From positions 81,716,001 through 81,780,000 of the forward strand of contig OZ024745.1 in NCBI GenBank assembly GCA_964016885.1: DNA of 64,000 nt, read 5' to 3'. The notes below the pieces were generated by a model. It had not been told where the DNA came from and made no database searches. It saw nothing but the letters and a program-made list of their open reading frames with translations. Both the position numbers and the translations under genes were made by a program. The stretch is from Eledone cirrhosa. Lineage: Eukaryota. Below are positions 1 through 11,729 of the stretch, in pieces. Within the stretch, counting starts at the first letter, position 1. Each line of letters begins with the position of its first letter.

Positions 1-191
1 TACTTTTAGATAATTTCTTGCTTCTTTCATTTACCTACCCCCAAAGGTAAAACTTTCATGAGGATTTATTCAATTATTCTTTTCATCTTAAACTACTGAA
101 AATATTTGTTTTACCTGCCTAATCCTTGTTTATACACAAGGGTGATATTTACAATAAGAACCTTATATTTATCATTTCTTTAATTTAATAT

Positions 192-275
192 TTTTTTTTT
201 AAAGAAACAAATTCCTTTTTACACTTGTTTATAATTTTTTTTTAAAGAAACAAATTCCTTTTTACACTTGTTTAT
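192..275. repeat. Local tandem duplication, 43-bp period, 2 copies
   Basis: T9-aaagaaacaaattcctttttacacttgtttat occurs at 192-232 and again at 235-275. Confidence 0.9.
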
Positions 276-1382
276 CATTTCATTTTGTTTATTTTCTAAA
301 AACTACAACAAACATTTTGAAATGCTATTTTCCCAGTTCAGCAGATCCAATTGTAGGGTCTGTTTAGTAGAGATGACAGCAATGTTTGTGGCTTTCCAGC
401 CACCTTATGGCACCCAGGGATTCAATGTGGCTGAAAAAATGTAAACCTATCAAAATATCTATTAGAATTAGCCAGAACATTATCCTTGTCTAGATAATGG
501 TGGAATCTTTATACATTAAAATATCTTAGTGTTTAGTTTTTAGTTTTTGTCTCTCTTGGTTGAGATTTGAAATCCTGGCAGGGTTAACTTTAGAAGATTT
601 ATAAAATAAGTATCAGTACTATATTGTAATTCATTTACTTGCATGTGGCCTATCTCTATAAACAATTAGTGTTAGGCCTATTATAAGTGAAAGAAATTCA
701 AATTTATATATTCAGTATTTGTAATTAGGTTTTTGCATGTATGATTTCTAATATTCAGGATACTTGTGTTAGCCATTTGATCACTATATTACCAGTATTT
801 GGAAAATAGTAAAAGTACCTCAAGTTTTGTAGTCTAAGATGATAACTCATATTTTAAAGATTCTTTGAATATCTTTAGTGAGGAATAGTTATTAAAATAA
901 AAAATAAAAATGTCTGTAATTATAATTTTCTGTGTTTGCTGTGTTGCTGACTTATAAGTGCTTTTTCTTAATACTTTTTTCATAAGACCCTTCCTTAGTA
1001 TGTTTATGTAATTCTATAAGTCTTTTGTATTTATCTTTTGTATTCTGTAATTATCTTAAGGGTAGGGCCTCCTCCAATGCTTGCTGTTTATCATTTAGCC
1101 TGCACTAGAGCTAGGATTTATTTATTTATTTTTGTAACAGGATGTTTATAGTTTCTGTAATAAATAAGATTTTTATGGGAGCAGCCCCAGAAAATATAGG
1201 GTTGCCTATTGGGCATCTAGCAAAGTTTTCTTTAATGTCAAGTAGTATCCTGTCCTAATGCTAACAGCTGGTGAGACAACTGTAATTTTACTGGCTTTAC
1301 TATACCATTTTGGCAAGGTGGTTTGAAGGTGGGCTGACATTGTAAATGTATGAGGATATTTCCAATTTGGCAAAACTACCAT

Positions 1383-1385
<3 letters not shown>

Positions 1386-1433
<48 letters not shown>
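1386..1433. repeat. (TA)n microsatellite
   Basis: Uninterrupted TA run. Confidence 0.95.
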
Positions 1434-1439
<6 letters not shown>

Positions 1440-1735
1440 GAATTTGGTTTCTTGCTCTTGCATAGCTTGTTACATAAATGGATTTATGAGTTTTATATCG
1501 AATGAGGCTGCTTGCAAACGAATCGAATATATAGATATATATACATATATATAGATATAATAATTCTAGTTATATTTTCTTGCTGGATTCTAACAACTAG
1601 AAATGGTTACCAATAAATATTCATTGAAGAAATATAGTGAAAATAAATTTGATATTTTGATTAATTTTAGTGATAACCATAAAATTATTTTTAGACACAT
1701 GGTATTGTGAAGATCTATCATAGTAATTTGCCATT

Positions 1736-2187
1736 TCTAAACTATAATAAAGGAAGGTCTGCGGGATTGCGTACGGTTTATTTTTTTTTATCCCGTTTGT
1801 AAAATAAGTTGGGTTACTTTGAATAAATAATGAATGAATATTACATAATTTATCTACTAAATTTCATGGCTGTTCATTAAATATATTTTGTTTATTTAAA
1901 GAATCACTTCTTTAAAATTTCTGAAATGTCAACACTTCCGGTGGCGATTGCTTAAATAAACATGCTAATTTTCTCCTAATTTTCTCCTAATACAGTTTAT
2001 ATACATTTTAATGTATCATGGATTACGTTACTGATAACATAAGTCTTCGTTCAATTTCTATGTATTATATATTGTCAATTATGATTTTATTTGTATCATA
2101 TCTACATGTATATATACCTGCGTATAATATCAATATACATACTAACATGCTAGCAGAAAACCACCCGAAGGGTGGTTTTTCTGCTAG
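1736..2187 (+). mobile_element. Non-autonomous Helitron-like element, copy 1
   Basis: Starts TCTAAACTATAATAAAG and ends in a GC-cored hairpin plus CTAG followed by T. No TSD. Colinear with the copies at 10379 and 26139. Confidence 0.8.
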
Positions 2188-3180
2188 TTGGTGATAATAG
2201 AACAGTATGTTGGTAAAATACATTAGCATGTTTGAAACTAAGAAACTTCTGTTACTTAAACGGATATCAAAGAGCAGTGGTTCCCCAATTTATTTTGCTA
2301 TAGAACAAAAAATAGTGAAACTCATAACTGTTTTATGGACAAATCCCCATTCTCTTAATTTTAATTAGAGATTAAATGGAACAATAATTGTTTAATTGAA
2401 ATCAAAAGATACTTGCAGAATTGACACTGGGGAACACTGTCATAGAGCATAGCCATAGCAAAACTACTTATAAATTCTTTTATTAAGATTTTTTTTTTCA
2501 AATTATTTAAGAAACTAAACAGCTATCATTAAAATCCACACACATAAACTGCATGTATATCATCATCATCATTATTTAACATCTGCTTTTCTATGCTGGT
2601 TTGGGTTGGGCAGGGGCCCACATTTCACTTATAGATGATCTGTTTTTTAGGTTTGGTTCCTGGATCAGGTTTTGTGTTGTGTTTTTTAGTGAAACACTTC
2701 ATTTGACGTTGCTCCAGTATACTCAGCCAAAATTGAGTCCCAGCAGTAGATAAGTACTGACCTAATAAGAAGTCTCTAAACTTTAAACTTTTAAACATTT
2801 CTCATTTGGTAGAGGCTTGACATTCACATTTATTTCTTTTATTGAACATGGCACTGTTGCTTTGGTTCTCATATTCCACTAAATCTGGTTCTCTGGTTTT
2901 CTGAAATTCACATTACAGACAATCAGTTCTTTTGTTCTTTGTTTCAAATAACTCACTGAATTGCTTGTGCTAAGATAAAATAAACCTAGTACACACTGTA
3001 AAGTGCTTGGGGTTATTAAGGGCATCCAGTCATAGAAGCCCTGAAAGAAATGGGACATATGAGATGTGGTGCCCTTGAACCCATTTGGGAGAACTTTTAC
3101 TCTGAATATGAACTGGCTTTCTCAATGATGATACATCTAACCCATGCCAGCATGAAAAGTGGATGTGAAATAATAATAAT

Positions 3181-3366
3181 TGTTTCTACTTTTGGCACAA
3201 GGCCAGCAATTATCCAGTACATTACTGGTACTTTATTTTATCGACCCCGTAAGGATGAAAGGCAAAGTTAACCTCGGCGGGATTTGAACTCAGTCCGTAA
3301 AGGGACGTAACTATGCTGGAAAGCGTAGCATCCGGCCCTCTACCGATACTACCAATCCACCGCCCT
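3181..3366 (-). mobile_element. tRNA-headed SINE (family A), near full length
   Basis: Minus strand has an A-box-like TGGTAGTATCGG and a B-box GAGTTCAAATCC, then body GCCTTTCATCCTTACGGGGTCGATAAAATAAAGTACC. 17-bp TSD tgtgaaataataataat at 3164-3180 and 3367-3383. Inserted into the tail of an older SINE remnant (about 2990-3163). Confidence 0.9.
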
Positions 3367-3774
3367 TGTGAAATAATAATAATGAACTCAAAGAATATTG
3401 CGTTTTGTTGTATATTTTGTCCTTGTCACAGTCTTCACCTCTATGGCACACCAGAGTAACACTCTTTGTGATAATGATTTCATTGTCATCTAAATTCGAG
3501 ATGGACATCGCAGAATAAATACTTTTGCTCATCAATTAGTCTTAACTGAAACATGCTATATTGATTTTCACTAATTTGAGTTTGATTTTGTCACATATTC
3601 TAACTGTTATGCCCACCAAATTCAGTGACGAAGTCAGTGTATAGTTGGGTGTTTATCCTCTGACTCTGATACAAACCTGTTTGTTTTGATGTGTTTATAT
3701 TTATCTAAAACTTTCCATCATAATTTTTTGTAAGAACCTTTCTAAATTCATATTCCAATTGACCACTCATTAAT

Positions 3775-3985
3775 AATGGTTTCTTATTTAGGCATGAGGC
3801 CAACAATTTTGCAGGAGGGGAAAGTTGATTAAATCAACCACAGTGCATTATTGGTGCTTGATTTTATTGACCCTGTAAGGATGAATGACAAAGTTAACCT
3901 AGGTGGGATTTGAACTTAGAACATAAAGAGCTGTAACTGAATACTGCAATGTATTTTGTCTACCGATACTGCCAATCCACCACCC
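3775..3985 (-). mobile_element. Older diverged family-A SINE
   Basis: Degenerate match to the 3181 copy (aggatgaatgacaaagttaacct, gggatttgaact, ctaccgatactgccaatccacc). Confidence 0.75.
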
Positions 3986-6088
3986 TCATCTACTCATTAA
4001 TTGTTTCTACTTTTGGCACAAGCCCAGCATCTATGCATTAATAATGAGAAAGAGATATTATCAAATCCTTTAAAATTCTTAAGACATCACCTTCCATTAG
4101 AAACGAGGGGATGGGAGGATTAATATGGTTCTCTCTTTCACCTATTCTCTATATTATGTATCCTAGATGTAAATGGAATTGTCGTTGATCATTTAGGTGA
4201 TAACATGAGTTCACTGCTGGATGTCCTTAAGACCTTTAATATGCTTATAAATTGGTTCGCAAAGATTTAGAAAATGTTCCTGTTCTTATCTTAGATGAAT
4301 GGTTTAAGTCAAAAGACTTGAAGGACAGAGCTAAAACTAAAGCCAAGGTTAATAAAGAATAAGGATTAGGCAGTGTTCAAGATAAAGATGGATAGGAACC
4401 CTATGTCCAATGTCAGCAATGGGTATACAAATAATGCAATGTCATCTAAAAAATGAGGACTTTGGGTCTCCCAAATGAAAAGTAGCTGTAAGGATAGTTG
4501 TGAAATAAAATCCACAAACAGCTGGAGTAGATACTTTTTGTTATGTAGATAATAATGCTGGAGATGTACTAAACATATATAGTGTATTGTATATACTTTC
4601 ATATACGCACCTTTATTTTCAAGCACTCTGTGTTAGTGCCACTGCTAATAGTAACTAAAAAAAGAAGTGGACATGTTGCTTAGTCAAGGATGACGTATGA
4701 TGAAAGTTGTTCCAACTGTCAATCCTGTCTTTTTTCAATCATAGTACCTCTAGAACTGCAGTGCTTACTTTTTTGAAGATGGTAGATGATTTGGCTGTTG
4801 TTTTTAGCAGGATAAGGGGCCACATAATCTTGCCTTGTTAGCTTATGCAATGTCAATTTATATGAATGGTTGAATGCAAGTAAGTTGTGTGATCAGCCGG
4901 GAGTTAGTCATTAATTAAGCTACACAGTTGAGATAGTTAGGCTAGTATAGACATGCATGTGAATGGTTGATATAATATATGCTAACTAAAAAAGGTACAA
5001 TAAATTGAAATGGAAGGCACAATTTATAGTATTTGTCTAAAGAAAACCTGGGCAAAAAAAAAAAAGAGGTACCAGCTCCCTGAACCTTTTCCATTGTGTT
5101 CTTATTCTAGTTACTATGCTTTCAGAATGCACCCCCTCCTTATTAGGTCACCCATATAACAGAAGCTACCAACTATCTCCATGGAGCTTCCTTAGCATTA
5201 GAAAAATGACATTTTACTGGTGCTTTGATTGACATATACAATCTACTTTTTCTGTTAACCTGCCTGCAATCCTAATGCACCTTATGTTTTGCATTGGGTA
5301 CACCAAATGGAATTTCTATCTACTTCCTTTTTGCAAATTGAACATGGCCATTTCCCTTATGACCACAGGGACTTGTCTTCTTTCCTATTTTCTAAAAGAT
5401 TAGTTTTAGCTAAGATTACACTGAACTTTATTTGATTTTATGTTCAGCTATAAGAACTATGTCATCAGCATATAGGAATTCCTATTGACAACTAGTCTTA
5501 AAAACTCCTCCATAATGTGTTGGAGAATTATAATTGGAGGGTGCTTAGAACCATACCTTGATGAGCACCTACATTCATCTCAAGTTCTTCATTGAACACA
5601 TTGCCAACTCTAACTTTACTGATAGCATCTTTTTCACTCACTCCATCTCCCCTTCCCTCTTGCCCTCCTCTCTCTCATGTCAGAGCAATGTATGTCCAGC
5701 TGTATGTAAGCCATCTAACTAATAAAAACTGCTAAAAAGATTTAGAGTAAACGCTTCTCAGCCATATTGTGTGGTTGACTTGCACTTTAACCTCATGTCA
5801 GGTCTTAATTATCAGTAAGGCTTATTCAGGAATGGCTTGTTGGTTTAACTTGTCTTCAGAAAGACTTGTCTTGCTTTGATTTTGCTTAATCACTTTGGAG
5901 TCAGAAAAAATATGTTTGTCTATGTTTGATATTTTTCTAAGACACATCTTTTCTATTGGTTGTTCATGATAAATGCTATGTATTATGGGTAGTTCTCAGT
6001 CAAACACAAAGGAATAAAAAGCCAAGTTAACTCTGACAAAGTTTGAATGTAGAGATGTGAAGCATTGGTATATTACAGATCATTAATT

Positions 6089-6200
6089 TGAGTTCAAATC
6101 CCGCCGAGGTTAACTTTGCCTTTCATCCTTACGGGGTCGATAAAATAAAGTACCAGTAATACACTGGGTAATTGCTGGCCTTGTGCCAAAAGTAGAAACA
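6089..6200 (+). mobile_element. 5'-truncated family-A SINE
   Basis: Begins at the B-box tgagttcaaatcc and is near identical to the reverse complement of the 3181 copy. Short TSD attaatt at 6082-6088 and 6201-6207. Confidence 0.85.
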
Positions 6201-7576
6201 ATTAATTATGATCTGTTTCTAGAGTCTAGAAAAGAGCAACTTTTTGTTGACTACACATTTTTATATCTTTATGAAACTTCAGTATGACTTTTTTGTTACT
6301 TTATTTCCTCATAACCATTTCATTTTGGTTGCTATAGTAAGTTTGACTAAATGTTATTAATGTGCCATACCTGAACTTTGGTTGTAGACTACATGTGAAA
6401 TTTACTATGCATACAATATTAAGAATCATGCAGGTTTTCTATCTGGTTAAAATGTCCCCTAAATTAAATTGTTAATGCATTAGGGAGCTACATAGCAATC
6501 ATTTTGATTCACATCTAATGAATGTTTAATTTACATTATTTTTAAACATCTAATACTTACTGAACGTACGGCATATTCTGTCACATGATGTAAGAAATAT
6601 TTGTTTCTTTTAGTCCAATACAAGGTTTTTTCACACATGTTGGAGGAACCCCTCCTTGGTTGACCACTGCCACTTTGTTTGGTTATGGTTATATCAGAGG
6701 TGTAGCCATACTCACCACACTTGGCTAATTTCGAGTTGGTGAGGCTATTTAACCTATAGTTGGGGTGGATGGCTGTTGACTCTGTCCATCTGCCCTTTTA
6801 ACAGCTCTTGTTTTTTTGTGTTGCTGGGGTTCCACTTACTCTTTTCACCAGAATTGGGTCTGGTGGGGGAGCTGGTTTAGCCACTGACTACATGAAGCAG
6901 GTTGTACTGGATTACATGGTACCAGTAACAGGCAGAAGCCTGACTTGACATTCTCTTAGTATTATGAAGAAATTATCTGTCTCTGTCTTTCTCATGCACA
7001 CACATATATTTTATAATGTACAGTTTTTAATATATTTAAAATAGTCTATTTCAAGGCGTTTCAAATGAAATTGAGAATGTATGAAATATTAATGTATGCA
7101 TATTTCTGATGTGGTGGATAAGAAAATTGTTTTGTGGGTGTAAGATAGGTAAATTGGGATAAAAGAATTACTTGAAAAGGGAATATAACTTAAATATGTT
7201 AAGGTTAATAAAACCAAAATCTTTTGGGGTTTGAGAATATTTATGAAATATTTACTAAAATATTGGTAAATTACTTGAATTATTTAGCTACCTCATAGAA
7301 AGCTGTTTCCAGATCTCTATCAGTTTGTTATATAAAATGTACATTCCTCTGCACACAACACAGATTTAAAATTATTTGTAACTTCTACAGAAGCCTGATA
7401 AATTTCTATTACTTGCTTTTTCTTGAAAAGATTACACTGTAATAGTTATAAACTTGCAACCTGAAACTGAAGGGTCAACAGTTTCTATTTTCTCTTTCAT
7501 CTATGAGTTGGTCTCAGGCTGTTGTCATTTGCCTGATCAAGATCAGTGATCAGTTTCCAGAGGAAACAAGGAGCTC

Positions 7577-7686
7577 GACAAACTTGAACCCCAACAGTTT
7601 CTATTATCTCTTCTGCTCTGTAGTGTATCCAGTCAACAAACTTGAGCCCAATAGTTCATTATCTCATCTATTCTGTAGTGTATCCA
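7577..7686. repeat. Degenerate ~55-bp tandem duplication
   Basis: acaaacttga-ccca-agtt-attatctc-tctgtagtgtatcca occurs twice. Confidence 0.7.
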
Positions 7687-8152
7687 CACTGAAGCAACCT
7701 TTGCTAGTTTAATCTACTTAGGATTAATATGTATTTTTTAGAGAATTGATGGGTCATCACCATCATCTTCATCATCGTTTAACGTCTATCTTCCATGGGT
7801 TAGACGGGAGTTGTCCCACTTGAGGCAAGATTGGTCGGGTGACCGTGTCTAGCTCATATAGGACTATCTGGCAGGTTTTCTATGGCTGGATGCCCTTCCT
7901 AACACCAACCACATTTAGTCATTTTTTAATTTAGCGACATATGTCTTGATCAAACAGCTGTATAATTCAAAGTGATCACTCTATCCTTTTTTACTGAGAT
8001 TGTCCAATGTGTCTTTCATTTTTTACAGTGTTTCCACCTCAATTTTATCATTATCAACTTTAGTTTTGTCATTGACAATATCAATATCATTATCACTTTC
8101 AATTTGGTCATTACAGTAAGATGGAGTGAATTTATTATGAATACTGATTTAA

Positions 8153-9212
8153 TCCTTTAGTGTTCAAACCGCCCGAAACTGGCCAAAATTATTTCCCCTT
8201 CATTTGTTCAAACCGCCCAAAACCGTCTGATAACACCCACACTAAAATATTGTTCTAAAAAGAAACAAACTATCATCAAAATTTCGTCAATTCGAGATTA
8301 CTGCGAGATTAGGCCCTTACCATGAAAATTAACACTTAATATAGTGAAACATGTGTTTTTTTAACGTTGAAAGTAGAACAGATTTTTTGTGTATCAACAT
8401 GGCTTGTGAAAGTAGTGATACCGACTTTGAAGGTTTTACACACGACGACATTCAGAATGAACAAGAAACAAAAGATAATATTAGTGATTTATCTTCAAAT
8501 GAATCAGATGTTTACATTTCTGAAATTTCATCCGACGATGATTGTTGTGAAAGTGAAAACGAAGATCTCCAGGACGCCATTGAAAATATTACAGCAACGT
8601 GGTTGGAAAATACCACACCAATATATGTTCCCGATTTTATTCAAAATACTGGTCCACAACACACATTAGCTCCTGATGCTAAAGCACTGGATTATTTTTT
8701 TTTTGTTTTTACCACAAACTTTCTTCGAAGTTGTGGCAGAAGAGATTAATCGATATGCCCAACAACGGATTTCAAATCGAGGAAAATCCGATCTGTTTGG
8801 CGACCGACAGATGCTGCAGAAATGCAAGCATTTTTTACCGTAAATATTATGTTCGGTATAAAACAATTTCCAAGACTGTGGAATTACTGGAGCACTTATA
8901 TATCAAGTATTATGCCGAAAACAACTTATTTAAAATTAAACCAGTATTTGCACCTGGTTGATACTTCAAAATGCCCCTTTTAATTAATTTCACCTGCCCA
9001 TAAAAGTCAAATTTGACCAAAAAAATCAGGTAAAATTATATAATTGTAAATTATTGATATTTAAACATATACTGACAAAATTTCAAGCCTGCACATAGAA
9101 AATTAAGAAAATTACAAACAAATAAAATTGATAACGCTCTTGAGTATGATTAACTCAAAATAATGCGCACAGATAAGCATGACATTTGAAAATTTATGCG
9201 AATGCTAAAGGG
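8153..9212 (+). mobile_element. Internally deleted piggyBac transposon
   Basis: TTAA at 8149-8152 and 9213-9216. Termini tcctttagtgttc / gaatgctaaaggg are inverted repeats. Contains a broken transposase N-terminus. Confidence 0.85.
8399..8950 (+). pseudogene. piggyBac (PGBD4-like) transposase N-terminal fragment, frameshifted
   Basis: Acidic N-terminus MACESSDTDFEGF, then PDFIQNTGP..ALDYFF. After a poly-T frameshift it continues FFEVVAEEINRYAQQ, and after another shift PTDAAEMQAFF..IMFGIKQFPRLWNYWS. These are typical piggyBac motifs. The catalytic region is absent. Confidence 0.8.
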
Positions 9213-9339
9213 TTAACAGACATTAATATCAGTGATAACTTGTCACAGAATTGTAGAAGAATGGAAATGTTTTAAAGTTTTGTAAAGGATTCCAAGTTTT
9301 GTATCAAAGCATTGTTACACTCTACATTACTGTAAATAT

Positions 9340-9690
9340 CATTATCATCATCATCATCATCATCATTTTACGTCCGCTTTTCCCTGCTTGCAAGGGTGGG
9401 ACGGGAACTGATTCTGGCTTGATTTCTACAGCTGGATGCCCTTCCTAACACCAACCTCATTTACAGTGAGTGCTGGGTGCTTTTTTGCCGTGGCACCTCC
9501 ACGACCACTTTGCAGTGGAATGATATGGACCCCAGTCCCTATCATCTCATTTCTACAGCTGAGTAAGCTGGAGCAATGTGAAATAAAGTGTCTTGCTCAA
9601 GGAAACAACACATCACCCGGTCTGAGAATTGAACTCACAACCTTTCGATTGCAAGAACAATGCTCTAACCACTAAGCCATGTGCCTCCAT
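9340..9690 (-). mobile_element. tRNA-headed CORE-like SINE with RTE-type tail (family B), full length
   Basis: Minus strand has A-box TGGCTTAGTGG, B-box GAGTTCAATTC, CORE-like CCTTGAGCAAGACACTT and tail GCAAGCAGGGAAAAGCGGACGTAAAA(ATG)n. 14-bp TSD attactgtaaatat at 9326-9339 and 9691-9704. Confidence 0.9.
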
Positions 9691-9906
9691 ATTACTGTAA
9701 ATATATATTCATTTAAAACTACGTACTATACTATATGGGGGTGGCGTATGTGTATGGTCCAGTAATTCCTGATGGAGTCATGGGGTTGCCGTAGTGGCCT
9801 ATGGTATTTCTTGGGCATACAACAGATTTCTTCCAGAAAAGGAGAGAGAGAATGATAGAGAAAAGTGAGAAAGAGATATAGAAGAAACAACCCCAGTACT
9901 ATACTA

Positions 9907-11729
9907 TAAGACTCGGCTAAAAAGTTCATAGGATCACCAAGATACTTTCATGGAATGTGACCAAATGAGGTTTATTTTTCAACATGTCTCATTTACGCTT
10001 CACACACTTCTATTGGTGTTGCAGCCCTTGGATCCCATTGGTGAAGAAGCTTTGATCTTGTTTGCCCTCACCAGCAGATATGTTGTTGTCACGACTGCGA
10101 TACTGGTTCCCAGCCAAGTGTTTTTCATGTTGGGGAAGAGGTGCTAGTCAGATGGGCCAAATCAGAAGAATAGGGAGGGTGATCAACCAGTTCAAAGCTA
10201 CAGTCACACCCATCGGCTATTGAAACCAAGGATATGTGTGCTGCAGCACTGTCCTGATGAAACAAGACCCCTTTCGTCAGTTTTCCAAGGTGTTTGGTCT
10301 TGATAGCCTTTCATAACTGCCTCAGCAAGTTTGCATAGTACTCTCCATTAATGGAGTGGCCCTTTTGAAGATAGTCATTCTAAACTATAATAAGGGTAGG
10401 TCTGCAGGACTGCATACGGTTTATTTTTTTTTTATCCCATTAGTAAAATAAGTTGGATTACTTTGAATAAATAATGAATTTATCTACTAAATTTCGTAAA
10501 CTAAAATAATTTCGTAAAAATAAATAATTTAAAATTGACTTCTTTTCAAAGTTGCACTTCCGGTATATCGTTGCTACCACCACCACCACTTCAACTACCA
10601 TATATATAGAAAGAGAGAGTGTGTGATGTCAACACTTCCGGTGGCGATCACTTAAATAAACATAGTAATTTTCTGTCACTAATTTTCTCCTAATGCAGTT
10701 TATATATAATATCGTCTTTTTTTAATGTATCATGGATTACGCTACTGATTACATAAGGCAGTGTAACAACGTCATCGTTCAATTTCTGTTTATATTGTCA
10801 ATTACGATTTTATTTGATGTATCATATCTACATGTATATATACTTGCGTATAATATCAATATACACGCTACACATGCTAGCAGAAAAACCACCCGAAGGG
10901 TGGTTTTTCTGCTAGTTTATTATTATGTTTACTAGCATATTATTATGTTTACTAGCAGAAAAACCACCCGAAGGGTGGTTTTTCTGCTAGTAAACATAAT
11001 GCCTTTTGTATCTCAAAAAACTGAGACCATCACCTTCCCTGCAGATGAAACAACCTTGGCTGTCTTTGATTGTCTTTGATAGCATTGATTGTCTCTGTCT
11101 TTGGCTCAAAGTGATGAACCCAACACTCATCCTGGATTAGGAAATGTTCACGGAAACCAGCTGGATCTGCCTCGAGCTATGTCAGATTTTCCTGTGATGT
11201 GATCAGCCTGGTGCACCTTTGATCAGGTGTCAAATGTGGCATCCACCGAGCAGAATGCCATGTTCATTGTGCAAAATATTCTCAATTCTTTCGTGATATG
11301 CTAATAGGCTATTTGATTTATAGTCAGTTGCCTGTCATCCATCACCATGTGGTGGACATGATCAATGTTTTCCTTGGTAGTAGCAGTTGCAGGGCATCCA
11401 GACCTTGGACCATCTTCAGCTGCCCACTTTTTGCACTGTTGATAAAGCTGGAGCGCCATCCCCTAATGTAGCAACCATGTCAGTATGAATGTCCTTGGGG
11501 GCTAAACCCTTTTTCTGCAGGTATTTGATAACACCAAAGCCAAATTTTGCCCATTTTTCAAGAGAAGTCATTATTAGTTACTTTTGAAGTCTTTGAACTG
11601 TCAGATGTCAGTTTATCTAGAAAGAAACAATGAAGTCATTAAGAAGAGTTGAAATTAATGCATGCAAAATTTCACATCTCTAGTATCACTCCTTCATAGT
11701 TAGCTTATGAACTTTTCAACCCACCCTTG
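9907..11729 (-). mobile_element. Full-length but decayed mariner transposon, interrupted by Helitron-like copy 2
   Basis: TA at 9905-9906 and 11730-11731, with degenerate ~28-bp TIRs sharing aaaagttcata. Minus-strand motifs GVIKYLQKKGLAPKDIH, PRSGCP, GKVMVSVF, DYLQKGHSINGEYY, LFHQDSA and HPPYSSDLA, with many stops and shifts. About 1.2 kb once the insert is removed. Confidence 0.9.
10379..10990 (+). mobile_element. Helitron-like copy 2 with duplicated 3' terminus
   Basis: 5' TCTAAACTATAATAA. First hairpin-CTAG ends at 10915 and a second at 10990. Splits the mariner KGIMF/DYL region with no TSD. Confidence 0.85.

Noticed and set aside
2150-2187. Bidirectional rho-independent terminator (GC stem with A/T tracts)
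   Set aside because: The context is a eukaryotic intron, and the hairpin is the fixed 3' end of a repeated TC...CTAG element.
9600-9690. tRNA gene
   Set aside because: A and B boxes are present, but the sequence continues into a SINE body and tail bounded by a TSD. It is a SINE head, not a tRNA.
10732-10935. Small ORF MDYATDYIRQC.., repeated at 26623-26805
   Set aside because: It lies within the Helitron-like repeat, the frames diverge between copies, it is disrupted in copy 1, and it has no recognisable domain.
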